A stretch of DNA of 64,000 bases, taken from positions 27,714,001 to 27,778,000 of the forward strand of contig NC_086381.1 in NCBI RefSeq assembly GCF_036588685.1, in the 5' to 3' direction. The notes under the pieces were generated by a model that was not told the DNA's origin, ran no database searches, and was given only the letters and a program-made list of their open reading frames with translations. Both the position numbers and the translations under genes were made by a program. Source of the stretch: Mytilus trossulus. Its lineage: Eukaryota. Shown here in pieces: positions 17,951-36,810 of the stretch (the first letter of the stretch is position 1; each line of letters opens with the position of its first letter).

Positions 17951-19586
17951 ACTGACCTTTACTCTATACAATAACGGCCCTTTTAAGGGCCACCAATATT
18001 TTCCAAAAAGAGTCTGAATATGTTGTACATCAAAATCAAATATAGCTGAAACCCCCTCTCCACATCTTTCTTTATTCTTCTTTCTCTCCACATCTCTCTT
18101 TATTCTTCTTTCTTATTATCTTTTTTTTTTGCACTCACTTAAGATTAGACAAGTCGGGTTACTGTATTGATAGAAGAAAAATATAGAGAAACTTATTTCA
18201 TAACATGCAAAGAAGAGAAATAAAAGGATAAATAGAGATAGAGAGACATACATATTTTTTATTTATCTAATTCTTCCAAATCCTTCGGAAAAAACAAGAA
18301 TGTTATACATTTTCTGGTATACCCTCCTGAAAAAATTAACATACATGTATACATTTAAATAAAAAAAAGGTAAGAAAAAACATACTCCAAGAACAATACA
18401 ATCCATCTTCTAATTACAGAATTATTAAAATGTATTTCTTTCTAATTTCTGTGGTTATATTTTTCTCTAAATTGCATTTTTCTCGGTCTTATTTTCTCAC
18501 TTATTTTTTAGATGCTTTTTTTATGTATTTTTTACTCATATTGTGTATTCTACTGTGACAACATGAGAAGAATCAATTATTTTATATTTCTGAAATATAT
18601 TTTCGGTACGGGTCCAAGTAGTCCACCTTAAATTCTCATTGAAAACTTTGTCTCCATCAATTGTGTGTTACAGAAAGAAGTTTTTCTTGAATACCTTTAT
18701 TTTGTGCTTAAAATGCATCTATTTTGGGTGCTCTATGTGCCTTATAAATGATGTGAACATGTGTGCGGATGAATCTTTTTTTCCCATTGGTGGAGAAAAA
18801 TAGACAAGGCGCAATAATTCATTCATTCAATGATGTACCAATTGTGGTATTTAAAAAGTGAGGCTGCACTGTGTACATTTCAAAAACCTATGACTACATG
18901 TATAAAGTAGCTGCTAAATTTAGAAAGATTCCTAATTAGTTGTTAAAAGATGAGCATTGATTGTATACATGTAATAATAACATGTTTGAAATGTGAATTT
19001 CCCGGGACATCTTTATTGAAACTGGTAAAGGTGATTTTGAGAAAAATTATCATGCACACCTGTTTTTATTTACAAATCTATCTGTCCATGCTTAAATAAC
19101 TGACTGGTATGCTGTAGTTTAGTTTTTACTCTTTTACTCTCTTAAGTCTGCAGAGTGGACTATCTCTGAAACTGTATCTTTTGAACAAGAAAAATACTGT
19201 ATAAAAAGATTTTCTTTAAACTAATTGTTTTTATATTGCAATTGCACATTGTTAACTCCTGCTTATGTATGCAGTGTGATATGTTCTTGTATTTTAAGTA
19301 AAAGGAAATAAATCTCTTTCACATTGGAAAATATAAGAAGTATTAATTGATGATGGAGATCATTAGTTATTTGGTCCATCTCTTATAATCTTTGTATTTT
19401 TATTTGTATACAGTTTGAAATATTTTATTTTCATATATTTTCAGAGCTTCAGTCAAAAAGTGGATTGAAAGTGTACAGAATTCCTACAGAGTTACCTCCC
19501 GGATTTAGACGAAAACAACCAATCAGGTCCAACCTATCAAAAATTCAGTGGTATTTCTTTTAGGGCCGCGTTCATCAGATATATAG

Positions 19587-19952
<366 letters not shown>

Positions 19953-20715
19953 ACAGCCAGCTGAAAAATACAAATACAACGGCCCTTTTCAGGGCCACCA
20001 ACATATTTCAAAAAGAATCTGCCTTTGTTGTACTTAAAATGAAAACCATAGCTTTCTCCTGTCCAACTTTCTTTACTTTCCTTTTTCTTTTATTCGTTTA
20101 TTTTTTTTAATTTCTTTTCACTTTTTTTATTTAAGCCTATTAAAAAAAGACCAGCAAGACTTTGGATACAATATGATTCCTGATTTTTTTAATGTAAATA
20201 AAATTATTCTTTATTTCATATATATTCTTTTATGTAAAAGATATATTGCTGAATTTTTCTCCATTGTCAAACTCTAGTTATATTGTTTTTATATCCTAAA
20301 ACAATCCCCCTCCCCCTTTTTTCTCTCTGTCGACGTATGTGTGAATTTAATCTGTTCGTGATATTTTTTTATATAATGTTTCAATACATATTCAAGTATA
20401 GTTCGATTCTAGACCCCCTCCCCCCCCCAAAAAAAAGAGGGAAGAAATGTATAACCCGTGAAAAGGTTAAATTCTGGTGTATGTATATTTTTTCAAATCG
20501 GCTAATAAAATGAAGAATAAAGAAGAGAAAAAAAGAAAGAAAGAAAGAAAGAAAGAAAGACAAAAAGACAGAATTCAGATATAAACAAATTTGTCATTTT
20601 GGGGTGGGACACAGCTTCATTTAGAAGTTTGTTATGTACAACAATAATAAGACTCTTTTTGAAAAATATTGGTGGCCCTGAAAAGGGCCGTTTGTGAAGT
20701 TAAACTTCTCGTTGT

Positions 20716-21090
20716 TTACTTGCTGCTGGTGTACTTTGTGACGGCTTTGGTACCTTCACTGACAGCGTGCTTGGCCAATTCACCGGGTAAGAGCAGACGA
20801 ACTGCAGTCTGGATCTCCCGAGATGTGATGGTAGATCTCTTGTTGTAGTGAGCGAGACGGGAAGCTTCTGCAGCGATTCTCTCAAAGATATCGTTGACAA
20901 AACTGTTCATGATAGACATAGCCTTTGAGGATACTCCAGTGTCTGGGTGAACCTGTCTCAAGACTTTGTAGATGTAGATGGCATAGGATTCTCTCCTCTT
21001 CCTCCTCCTTTTCTTGTCACCGCCGGGTCTGGCAGTCTTTGCCTTTGTTACGGCCTTTTTGGCTCCTTTGGTTCCAACTTTTGGTGGCAT
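20716..21090 (-). CDS. H2B: Histone H2B
   Basis: Canonical 124 aa. Confidence 0.99.
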   Translation of the reverse strand: MPPKVGTKGAKKAVTKAKTARPGGDKKRRRKRRESYAIYIYKVLRQVHPDTGVSSKAMSIMNSFVNDIFERIAAEASRLAHYNKRSTITSREIQTAVRLLLPGELAKHAVSEGTKAVTKYTSSK

Positions 21091-21368
21091 TTTGAAAGAT
21101 GTATACTCTCTGAAATGTAATCAGTGAATGATGGCCGTTAATAAAAATTTCTATTTATACTCGGCTAAACGGATTGAAAGTTTTTACTTAACGCGAACTT
21201 CGGAGAGAGCACCCTTCTAACATTCAACCCTAACTACCTGGAAGAAGCGATGATTTGATTGGTTTAGAACTGAAACATCTTTCAATCCGTTTTGCGGGTA
21301 TAAATAGTAAAATACCACCTAACTGGATAATCATTGTTTATACTTGTTCAAGTCAAACAACGTATTAA

Positions 21369-21752
<384 letters not shown>

Positions 21753-23080
21753 AGTCAACACTACAGAAACTTCACTTACAACGGCCCTTTTCAGGGCCAC
21801 CAACATTTTTCAAAAAGAATCTGACTTTGTTGTACAATTTAGTTGAATGCAGAAAGCAATCTCAAACATAGCTCACTCCCTCCATTTCTCTTGTCTTTAT
21901 CTCTTTATTTTTCCTTTTCTTTATAAACAGCATACAGATGTCTACTTTCTAATTATATATATAACAATATTTGATGTGGAAAAAAAATGAAGAACAGTAC
22001 GAGTTTCTTTTTTTCCCCTATAAAAGTCCAAGAAAATAAACGAACTATATAACGTAGATTCGATGAAAATGCGCAAGCACGAGAGGAAGAAAAACTCATA
22101 GTTGTTAGTGGTCAATGTTGCATATTTTTTTGGTGTAAATTAAGTTGCAGTCCTATATATTATACTATATAAGCACACACAATACAATCTATGACCTTAT
22201 TTTTATATAATATATATTCGTTCGTTCGTTGTCTGTCTAACTGTGATCTATGTGAATTCTTTTCTTCCTCTTCTGCTGTCACATTCTCTTAGATATATAA
22301 TATATATTTTGTGTTCCTATACAAAGTACTTATGCGTATGTTTATAGTTGTGTAGATTATTTTTTAGCTCAAATCCTTTGTATTTGCAAAATTCGTATAT
22401 AAACAATAAAGAATACTTCAACAATGTGCAAGTTTCACAGTATGCGTGCAGTATACTATATAGAGAATATCATGGCTTTACATGATACAGAGACTAGAGA
22501 ATACAGAGACTGTATAGCTAGAGAGAACACAAAGACTATAGAGAGGATAAAAAGTGTTCTCTTTGTTTTAAGACACTGAGACGAGTGACAATTGTGTACT
22601 ATAGTAAGCATGTCTATACGAGAAACTAAGAAAACGGCTGCATTTCTATACCACTGGCTATTGATGAAAATGGATGGATGATGTTTTTTTTCTCTTTTTT
22701 CTTCTTCTATTTTGCTCTTTAATTTACATTTCCTGTCAATTATTAATTTCGTGTCAGACTGTTGATTAAACAATTATTTATTATTTGAATAAAGATTATT
22801 ATTAAGTTCTGCATTACTCTTGATTATTATTTTTTTTGGTCTTATGTCAAATTTTCGCTGACACTATCAGAATAGAAACAAATTGTGCCAATTGTTAGCT
22901 TGGGGTGAACAATCATAGCTTCAGTCCAAAAAGGGATCGAAAGCTGTGAAAGTAACTTCCAGATCAGTCCAATCATAACACAGAGATTTCAACCAATCAA
23001 CGTGAGTTTTATTACCCCGAAAGGCCAATCAGTGTCGTGTTTGCAAACATTGCGGCTAGCACAAATACACTAACATTTGA

Positions 23081-23545
<465 letters not shown>

Positions 23546-25179
23546 ACTGACCTTTACTCTATACAATAACGGCCCTTTTAAGGGCCACCAATATTTTCCA
23601 AAAAGAGTCTGAATATGTTGTACATCAAAATCAAATATAGCTGAAACCCCCTCTCCACATCTTTCTTTATTCTTCTTTCTCTCCACATCTCTCTTTATTC
23701 TTCTTTCTTATTATCTTTTTTTTTTGCACTCACTTAAGATTAGACAAGTCGGGTTACTGTATTGATAGAAGAAAAATATAGAGAAACTTATTTCATAACA
23801 TGCAAAGAAGAGAAATAAAAGGATAAATAGAGATAGAGAGACATACATATTTTTTATTTATCTAATTCTTCCAAATCCTTCGGAAAAAACAAGAATGTTA
23901 TACATTTTCTGGTATACCCTCCTGAAAAAATAACATACATGTATACATTTAAATAAAAAAAAGGTAAGAAAAAACATACTCCAAGAACAATACAATCCAT
24001 CTTCTAATTACAGAATTATTAAAATGTATTTCTTTCTAATTTCTGTGGTTATATTTTTCTCTAAATTGCATTTTTCTCGGTCTTATTTTCTCACTTATTT
24101 TTTAGATGCTTTTTTTATGTATTTTTTACTCATATTGTGTATTCTACTGTGACAACATGAGAAGAATCAATTATTTTATATTTCTGAAATATATTTTCGG
24201 TACGGGTCCAAGTAGTCCACCTTAAATTCTCATTGAAAACTTTGTCTCCATCAATTGTGTGTTACAGAAAGAAGTTTTTCTTGAATACCTTTATTTTGTG
24301 CTTAAAATGCATCTATTTTGGGTGCTCTATGTGCCTTATAAATGATGTGAACATGTGTGCGGATGAATCTTTTTTTCCCATTGGTGGAGAAAATAGACAA
24401 GGCGCAATAATTCATTCATTCAATGATGTACCAATTGTGGTATTTAAAAAGTGAGGCTGCACTGTGTACATTTCAAAAACCTATGACTACATGTATAAAG
24501 TAGCTGCTAAATTTAGAAAGATTCCTAATTAGTTGTTAAAAGATGAGCATTGATTGTATACATGTAATAATAACATGTTTGAAATGTGAATTTCCCGGGA
24601 CATCTTTATTGAAACTGGTAAAGGTGATTTTGAGAAAAATTATCATGCACACCTGTTTTTATTTACAAATCTATCTGTCCATGCTTAAATAACTGACTGG
24701 TATGCTGTAGTTTAGTTTTTACTCTTTTACTCTCTTAAGTCTGCAGAGTGGACTATCTCTGAAACTGTATCTTTTGAACAAGAAAAATACTGTATAAAAA
24801 GATTTTCTTTAAACTAATTGTTTTTATATTGCAATTGCACATTGTTAACTCCTGCTTATGTATGCAGTGTGATATGTTCTTGTATTTTAAGTAAAAGGAA
24901 ATAAATCTCTTTCACATTGGAAAATATAAGAAGTATTAATTGATGATGGAGATCATTAGTTATTTGGTCCATCTCTTATAATCTTTGTATTTTTATTTGT
25001 ATACAGTTTGAAATATTTTATTTTCATATATTTTCAGAGCTTCAGTCAAAAAGTGGATTGAAAGTGTACAGAATTCCTACAGAGTTACCTCCCGGATTTA
25101 GACGAAAACAACCAATCAGGTCCAACCTATCAAAAATTCAGTGGTATTTCTTTTAGGGCCGCGTTCATCAGATATATAG

Positions 25180-25545
<366 letters not shown>

Positions 25546-26308
25546 ACAGCCAGCTGAAAAATACAAATACAACGGCCCTTTTCAGGGCCACCAACATATT
25601 TCAAAAAGAATCTGCCTTTGTTGTACTTAAAATGAAAACCATAGCTTTCTCCTGTCCAACTTTCTTTACTTTCCTTTTTCTTTTATTCGTTTATTTTTTT
25701 TAATTTCTTTTCACTTTTTTTATTTAAGCCTATTAAAAAAAGACCAGCAAGACTTTGGATACAATATGATTCCTGATTTTTTTAATGTAAATAAAATTAT
25801 TCTTTATTTCATATATATTCTTTTATGTAAAAGATATATTGCTGAATTTTTCTCCATTGTCAAACTCTAGTTATATTGTTTTTATATCCTAAAACAATCC
25901 CCCTCCCCCTTTTTTCTCTCTGTCGACGTATGTGTGAATTTAATCTGTTCGTGATATTTTTTTATATAATGTTTCAATACATATTCAAGTATAGTTCGAT
26001 TCTAGACCCCCTCCCCCCCCCAAAAAAAAGAGGGAAGAAATGTATAACCCGTGAAAAGGTTAAATTCTGGTGTATGTATATTTTTTCAAATCGGCTAATA
26101 AAATGAAGAATAAAGAAGAGAAAAAAAGAAAGAAAGAAAGAAAGAAAGAAAGACAAAAAGACAGAATTCAGATATAAACAAATTTGTCATTTTGGGGTGG
26201 GACACAGCTTCATTTAGAAGTTTGTTATGTACAACAATAATAAGACTCTTTTTGAAAAATATTGGTGGCCCTGAAAAGGGCCGTTTGTGAAGTTAAACTT
26301 CTCGTTGT

Positions 26309-26662
26309 TTACTTGCTGCTGGTGTACTTTGTGACGGCTTTGGTACCTTCACTGACAGCGTGCTTGGCCAATTCACCGGGTAAGAGCAGACGAACTGCAG
26401 TCTGGATCTCCCGAGATGTGATGGTAGATCTCTTGTTGTAGTGAGCGAGACGGGAAGCTTCTGCAGCGATTCTCTCAAAGATATCGTTGACAAAACTGTT
26501 CATGATAGACATAGCCTTTGAGGATACTCCAGTGTCTCTTTGTAGATGTAGATGGCATAGGATTCTCTCCTCTTCCTCCTCCTTTTCTTGTCACCGCCGG
26601 GTCTGGCAGTCTTTGCTTTGTTACGGCCTTTTTGGCTCCTTTGGTTCCAACTTTTGTGGCAT
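26309..26662 (-). pseudogene. H2B: Frameshifted H2B (pseudogene or contig-end sequencing error)
   Basis: 19-bp deletion near 26537 plus two 1-bp deletions in the CDS; more 1-bp deletions in the promoter; lies ~250 bp from an N gap. Confidence 0.55.
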
Positions 26663-26910
26663 TTTGAAAGATGTATACTCTCTGAAATGTAATCAGTGAA
26701 TGATGGCCGTTAATAAAAATTTCTATTTATACTCGGCTAACGGATTGAAGTTTTTACTTAACGCGAACTTCGGAGAGAGCACCCTTCTAACATTCAACCC
26801 TAACTACCTGGAAGAAGCGATGATTTGATTGGTTTAGAACTGAAACATCTTTCAATCCGTTTTGCGGGTATAAATAGTAAAATACCACCTAACTGGATAA
26901 TCATTGTTTA

Positions 26911-27010
26911 NNNNNNNNNNNNNNNNNNNNNNNNNNNNNNNNNNNNNNNNNNNNNNNNNNNNNNNNNNNNNNNNNNNNNNNNNNNNNNNNNNNNNNNNNN
27001 NNNNNNNNNN
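26911..27010. other. Assembly gap (100 N)
   Basis: Run of N; orientation flips. Confidence 0.99.
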
Positions 27011-28385
27011 AATGTGAAAGAGATTTATTTCCTTTTACTTAAAATACAAGAACATATCACACTGCATACATAAGCAGGAGTTAACAATGTGCAATTGCAA
27101 TATAAAAACAATTAGTTTAAAGAAAATCTTTTTATACAGTATTTTTCTTGTTCAAAAGATACAGTTTCAGAGATAGTCCACTCTGCAGACTTAAGAGAGT
27201 AAAAGAGTAAAAACTAAACTACAGCATACCAGTCAGTTATTTAAGCATGGACAGATAGATTTGTAAATAAAAACAGGTGTGCATGATAATTTTTCTCAAA
27301 ATCACCTTTACCAGTTTCAATAAAGATGTCCCGGGAAATTCACATTTCAAACATGTTATTATTACATGTATACAATCAATGCTCATCTTTTAACAACTAA
27401 TTAGGAATCTTTCTAAATTTAGCAGCTACTTTATACATGTAGTCATAGGTTTTTGAAATGTACACAGTGCAGCCTCACTTTTTAAATACCACAATTGGTA
27501 CATCATTGAATGAATGAATTATTGCGCCTTGTCTATTTTTCTCCACCAATGGGAAAAAAAGATTCATCCGCACACATGTTCACATCATTTATAAGGCACA
27601 TAGAGCACCCAAAATAGATGCATTTTAAGCACAAAATAAAGGTATTCAAGAAAAACTTCTTTCTGTAACACACAATTGATGGAGACAAAGTTTTCAATGA
27701 GAATTTAAGGTGGACTACTTGGACCCGTACCGAAAATATATTTCAGAAATATAAAATAATTGATTCTTCTCATGTTGTCACAGTAGAATACACAATATGA
27801 GTAAAAAATACATAAAAAAAGCATCTAAAAAATAAGTGAGAAAATAAGACCGAGAAAAATGCAATTTAGAGAAAAATATAACCACAGAAATTAGAAAGAA
27901 ATACATTTTAATAATTCTGTAATTAGAAGATGGATTGTATTGTTCTTGGAGTATGTTTTTTCTTACCTTTTTTTTATTTAAATGTATACATGTATGTTAA
28001 TTTTTTCAGGAGGGTATACCAGAAAATGTATAACATTCTTGTTTTTTCCGAAGGATTTGGAAGAATTAGATAAATAAAAAATATGTATGTCTCTCTATCT
28101 CTATTTATCCTTTTATTTCTCTTCTTTGCATGTTATGAAATAAGTTTCTCTATATTTTTCTTCTATCAATACAGTAACCCGACTTGTCTAATCTTAAGTG
28201 AGTGCAAAAAAAAAAGATAATAAGAAAGAAGAATAAAGAGAGATGTGGAGAGAAAGAAGAATAAAGAAAGATGTGGAGAGGGGGTTTCAGCTATATTTGA
28301 TTTTGATGTACAACATATTCAGACTCTTTTTGGAAAATATTGGTGGCCCTTAAAAGGGCCGTTATTGTATAGAGTAAAGGTCAGT

Positions 28386-28850
<465 letters not shown>

Positions 28851-30178
28851 TCAAATGTTAGTGTATTTGTGCTAGCCGCAATGTTTGCAAACACGACACT
28901 GATTGGCCTTTCGGGGTAATAAAACTCACGTTGATTGGTTGAAATCTCTGTGTTATGATTGGACTGATCTGGAAGTTACTTTCACAGCTTTCGATCCCTT
29001 TTTGGACTGAAGCTATGATTGTTCACCCCAAGCTAACAATTGGCACAATTTGTTTCTATTCTGATAGTGTCAGCGAAAATTTGACATAAGACCAAAAAAA
29101 ATAATAATCAAGAGTAATGCAGAACTTAATAATAATCTTTATTCAAATAATAAATAATTGTTTAATCAACAGTCTGACACGAAATTAATAATTGACAGGA
29201 AATGTAAATTAAAGAGCAAAATAGAAGAAGAAAAAAGAGAAAAAAAACATCATCCATCCATTTTCATCAATAGCCAGTGGTATAGAAATGCAGCCGTTTT
29301 CTTAGTTTCTCGTATAGACATGCTTACTATAGTACACAATTGTCACTCGTCTCAGTGTCTTAAAACAAAGAGAACACTTTTTATCCTCTCTATAGTCTTT
29401 GTGTTCTCTCTAGCTATACAGTCTCTGTATTCTCTAGTCTCTGTATCATGTAAAGCCATGATATTCTCTATATAGTATACTGCACGCATACTGTGAAACT
29501 TGCACATTGTTGAAGTATTCTTTATTGTTTATATACGAATTTTGCAAATACAAAGGATTTGAGCTAAAAAATAATCTACACAACTATAAACATACGCATA
29601 AGTACTTTGTATAGGAACACAAAATATATATTATATATCTAAGAGAATGTGACAGCAGAAGAGGAAGAAAAGAATTCACATAGATCACAGTTAGACAGAC
29701 AACGAACGAACGAATATATATTATATAAAAATAAGGTCATAGATTGTATTGTGTGTGCTTATATAGTATAATATATAGGACTGCAACTTAATTTACACCA
29801 AAAAAATATGCAACATTGACCACTAACAACTATGAGTTTTTCTTCCTCTCGTGCTTGCGCATTTTCATCGAATCTACGTTATATAGTTCGTTTATTTTCT
29901 TGGACTTTTATAGGGGAAAAAAAGAAACTCGTACTGTTCTTCATTTTTTTTCCACATCAAATATTGTTATATATATAATTAGAAAGTAGACATCTGTATG
30001 CTGTTTATAAAGAAAAGGAAAAATAAAGAGATAAAGACAAGAGAAATGGAGGGAGTGAGCTATGTTTGAGATTGCTTTCTGCATTCAACTAAATTGTACA
30101 ACAAAGTCAGATTCTTTTTGAAAAATGTTGGTGGCCCTGAAAAGGGCCGTTGTAAGTGAAGTTTCTGTAGTGTTGACT

Positions 30179-30562
<384 letters not shown>

Positions 30563-30840
30563 TTAATACGTTGTTTGACTTGAACAAGTATAAACAATGA
30601 TTATCCAGTTAGGTGGTATTTTACTATTTATACCCGCAAAACGGATTGAAAGATGTTTCAGTTCTAAACCAATCAAATCATCGCTTCTTCCAGGTAGTTA
30701 GGGTTGAATGTTAGAAGGGTGCTCTCTCCGAAGTTCGCGTTAAGTAAAAACTTTCAATCCGTTTAGCCGAGTATAAATAGAAATTTTTATTAACGGCCAT
30801 CATTCACTGATTACATTTCAGAGAGTATACATCTTTCAAA

Positions 30841-31215
30841 ATGCCACCAAAAGTTGGAACCAAAGGAGCCAAAAAGGCCGTAACAAAGGCAAAGACTGCC
30901 AGACCCGGCGGTGACAAGAAAAGGAGGAGGAAGAGGAGAGAATCCTATGCCATCTACATCTACAAAGTCTTGAGACAGGTTCACCCAGACACTGGAGTAT
31001 CCTCAAAGGCTATGTCTATCATGAACAGTTTTGTCAACGATATCTTTGAGAGAATCGCTGCAGAAGCTTCCCGTCTCGCTCACTACAACAAGAGATCTAC
31101 CATCACATCTCGGGAGATCCAGACTGCAGTTCGTCTGCTCTTACCCGGTGAATTGGCCAAGCACGCTGTCAGTGAAGGTACCAAAGCCGTCACAAAGTAC
31201 ACCAGCAGCAAGTAA
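30841..31215 (+). CDS. H2B: Histone H2B
   Basis: Canonical 124 aa. Confidence 0.99.
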   Translation: MPPKVGTKGAKKAVTKAKTARPGGDKKRRRKRRESYAIYIYKVLRQVHPDTGVSSKAMSIMNSFVNDIFERIAAEASRLAHYNKRSTITSREIQTAVRLLLPGELAKHAVSEGTKAVTKYTSSK

Positions 31216-31978
31216 ACAACGAGAAGTTTAACTTCACAAACGGCCCTTTTCAGGGCCACCAATATTTTTCAAAAAGAGTCTTATTATTGTTGTACATAAC
31301 AAACTTCTAAATGAAGCTGTGTCCCACCCCAAAATGACAAATTTGTTTATATCTGAATTCTGTCTTTTTGTCTTTCTTTCTTTCTTTCTTTCTTTCTTTT
31401 TTTCTCTTCTTTATTCTTCATTTTATTAGCCGATTTGAAAAAATATACATACACCAGAATTTAACCTTTTCACGGGTTATACATTTCTTCCCTCTTTTTT
31501 TTGGGGGGGGGAGGGGGTCTAGAATCGAACTATACTTGAATATGTATTGAAACATTATATAAAAAAATATCACGAACAGATTAAATTCACACATACGTCG
31601 ACAGAGAGAAAAAAGGGGGAGGGGGATTGTTTTAGGATATAAAAACAATATAACTAGAGTTTGACAATGGAGAAAAATTCAGCAATATATCTTTTACATA
31701 AAAGAATATATATGAAATAAAGAATAATTTTATTTACATTAAAAAAATCAGGAATCATATTGTATCCAAAGTCTTGCTGGTCTTTTTTTAATAGGCTTAA
31801 ATAAAAAAAGTGAAAAGAAATTAAAAAAAATAAACGAATAAAAGAAAAAGGAAAGTAAAGAAAGTTGGACAGGAGAAAGCTATGGTTTTCATTTTAAGTA
31901 CAACAAAGGCAGATTCTTTTTGAAATATGTTGGTGGCCCTGAAAAGGGCCGTTGTATTTGTATTTTTCAGCTGGCTGT

Positions 31979-32344
<366 letters not shown>

Positions 32345-33980
32345 CTATATATCTGATGAACGCGGCCCTAAAAGAAATACCACTGAATTTTTGATAGGTT
32401 GGACCTGATTGGTTGTTTTCGTCTAAATCCGGGAGGTAACTCTGTAGGAATTCTGTACACTTTCAATCCACTTTTTGACTGAAGCTCTGAAAATATATGA
32501 AAATAAAATATTTCAAACTGTATACAAATAAAAATACAAAGATTATAAGAGATGGACCAAATAACTAATGATCTCCATCATCAATTAATACTTCTTATAT
32601 TTTCCAATGTGAAAGAGATTTATTTCCTTTTACTTAAAATACAAGAACATATCACACTGCATACATAAGCAGGAGTTAACAATGTGCAATTGCAATATAA
32701 AAACAATTAGTTTAAAGAAAATCTTTTTATACAGTATTTTTCTTGTTCAAAAGATACAGTTTCAGAGATAGTCCACTCTGCAGACTTAAGAGAGTAAAAG
32801 AGTAAAAACTAAACTACAGCATACCAGTCAGTTATTTAAGCATGGACAGATAGATTTGTAAATAAAAACAGGTGTGCATGATAATTTTTCTCAAAATCAC
32901 CTTTACCAGTTTCAATAAAGATGTCCCGGGAAATTCACATTTCAAACATGTTATTATTACATGTATACAATCAATGCTCATCTTTTAACAACTAATTAGG
33001 AATCTTTCTAAATTTAGCAGCTACTTTATACATGTAGTCATAGGTTTTTGAAATGTACACAGTGCAGCCTCACTTTTTAAATACCACAATTGGTACATCA
33101 TTGAATGAATGAATTATTGCGCCTTGTCTATTTTTCTCCACCAATGGGAAAAAAAGATTCATCCGCACACATGTTCACATCATTTATAAGGCACATAGAG
33201 CACCCAAAATAGATGCATTTTAAGCACAAAATAAAGGTATTCAAGAAAAACTTCTTTCTGTAACACACAATTGATGGAGACAAAGTTTTCAATGAGAATT
33301 TAAGGTGGACTACTTGGACCCGTACCGAAAATATATTTCAGAAATATAAAATAATTGATTCTTCTCATGTTGTCACAGTAGAATACACAATATGAGTAAA
33401 AAATACATAAAAAAAGCATCTAAAAAATAAGTGAGAAAATAAGACCGAGAAAAATGCAATTTAGAGAAAAATATAACCACAGAAATTAGAAAGAAATACA
33501 TTTTAATAATTCTGTAATTAGAAGATGGATTGTATTGTTCTTGGAGTATGTTTTTTCTTACCTTTTTTTTATTTAAATGTATACATGTATGTTAATTTTT
33601 TCAGGAGGGTATACCAGAAAATGTATAACATTCTTGTTTTTTCCGAAGGATTTGGAAGAATTAGATAAATAAAAAATATGTATGTCTCTCTATCTCTATT
33701 TATCCTTTTATTTCTCTTCTTTGCATGTTATGAAATAAGTTTCTCTATATTTTTCTTCTATCAATACAGTAACCCGACTTGTCTAATCTTAAGTGAGTGC
33801 AAAAAAAAAAGATAATAAGAAAGAAGAATAAAGAGAGATGTGGAGAGAAAGAAGAATAAAGAAAGATGTGGAGAGGGGGTTTCAGCTATATTTGATTTTG
33901 ATGTACAACATATTCAGACTCTTTTTGGAAAATATTGGTGGCCCTTAAAAGGGCCGTTATTGTATAGAGTAAAGGTCAGT

Positions 33981-34445
<465 letters not shown>

Positions 34446-35773
34446 TCAAATGTTAGTGTATTTGTGCTAGCCGCAATGTTTGCAAACACGACACTGATTG
34501 GCCTTTCGGGGTAATAAAACTCACGTTGATTGGTTGAAATCTCTGTGTTATGATTGGACTGATCTGGAAGTTACTTTCACAGCTTTCGATCCCTTTTTGG
34601 ACTGAAGCTATGATTGTTCACCCCAAGCTAACAATTGGCACAATTTGTTTCTATTCTGATAGTGTCAGCGAAAATTTGACATAAGACCAAAAAAAATAAT
34701 AATCAAGAGTAATGCAGAACTTAATAATAATCTTTATTCAAATAATAAATAATTGTTTAATCAACAGTCTGACACGAAATTAATAATTGACAGGAAATGT
34801 AAATTAAAGAGCAAAATAGAAGAAGAAAAAAGAGAAAAAAAACATCATCCATCCATTTTCATCAATAGCCAGTGGTATAGAAATGCAGCCGTTTTCTTAG
34901 TTTCTCGTATAGACATGCTTACTATAGTACACAATTGTCACTCGTCTCAGTGTCTTAAAACAAAGAGAACACTTTTTATCCTCTCTATAGTCTTTGTGTT
35001 CTCTCTAGCTATACAGTCTCTGTATTCTCTAGTCTCTGTATCATGTAAAGCCATGATATTCTCTATATAGTATACTGCACGCATACTGTGAAACTTGCAC
35101 ATTGTTGAAGTATTCTTTATTGTTTATATACGAATTTTGCAAATACAAAGGATTTGAGCTAAAAAATAATCTACACAACTATAAACATACGCATAAGTAC
35201 TTTGTATAGGAACACAAAATATATATTATATATCTAAGAGAATGTGACAGCAGAAGAGGAAGAAAAGAATTCACATAGATCACAGTTAGACAGACAACGA
35301 ACGAACGAATATATATTATATAAAAATAAGGTCATAGATTGTATTGTGTGTGCTTATATAGTATAATATATAGGACTGCAACTTAATTTACACCAAAAAA
35401 ATATGCAACATTGACCACTAACAACTATGAGTTTTTCTTCCTCTCGTGCTTGCGCATTTTCATCGAATCTACGTTATATAGTTCGTTTATTTTCTTGGAC
35501 TTTTATAGGGGAAAAAAAGAAACTCGTACTGTTCTTCATTTTTTTTCCACATCAAATATTGTTATATATATAATTAGAAAGTAGACATCTGTATGCTGTT
35601 TATAAAGAAAAGGAAAAATAAAGAGATAAAGACAAGAGAAATGGAGGGAGTGAGCTATGTTTGAGATTGCTTTCTGCATTCAACTAAATTGTACAACAAA
35701 GTCAGATTCTTTTTGAAAAATGTTGGTGGCCCTGAAAAGGGCCGTTGTAAGTGAAGTTTCTGTAGTGTTGACT

Positions 35774-36157
<384 letters not shown>

Positions 36158-36435
36158 TTAATACGTTGTTTGACTTGAACAAGTATAAACAATGATTATC
36201 CAGTTAGGTGGTATTTTACTATTTATACCCGCAAAACGGATTGAAAGATGTTTCAGTTCTAAACCAATCAAATCATCGCTTCTTCCAGGTAGTTAGGGTT
36301 GAATGTTAGAAGGGTGCTCTCTCCGAAGTTCGCGTTAAGTAAAAACTTTCAATCCGTTTAGCCGAGTATAAATAGAAATTTTTATTAACGGCCATCATTC
36401 ACTGATTACATTTCAGAGAGTATACATCTTTCAAA

Positions 36436-36810
36436 ATGCCACCAAAAGTTGGAACCAAAGGAGCCAAAAAGGCCGTAACAAAGGCAAAGACTGCCAGACC
36501 CGGCGGTGACAAGAAAAGGAGGAGGAAGAGGAGAGAATCCTATGCCATCTACATCTACAAAGTCTTGAGACAGGTTCACCCAGACACTGGAGTATCCTCA
36601 AAGGCTATGTCTATCATGAACAGTTTTGTCAACGATATCTTTGAGAGAATCGCTGCAGAAGCTTCCCGTCTCGCTCACTACAACAAGAGATCTACCATCA
36701 CATCTCGGGAGATCCAGACTGCAGTTCGTCTGCTCTTACCCGGTGAATTGGCCAAGCACGCTGTCAGTGAAGGTACCAAAGCCGTCACAAAGTACACCAG
36801 CAGCAAGTAA
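36436..36810 (+). CDS. H2B: Histone H2B
   Basis: Canonical 124 aa. Confidence 0.99.
   Translation: MPPKVGTKGAKKAVTKAKTARPGGDKKRRRKRRESYAIYIYKVLRQVHPDTGVSSKAMSIMNSFVNDIFERIAAEASRLAHYNKRSTITSREIQTAVRLLLPGELAKHAVSEGTKAVTKYTSSK

Noticed and set aside
26309-26910. H2B pseudogene as a biological finding
   Set aside because: Deletion-only errors clustered at a contig end look like low-coverage long-read error; cannot be trusted without reads.
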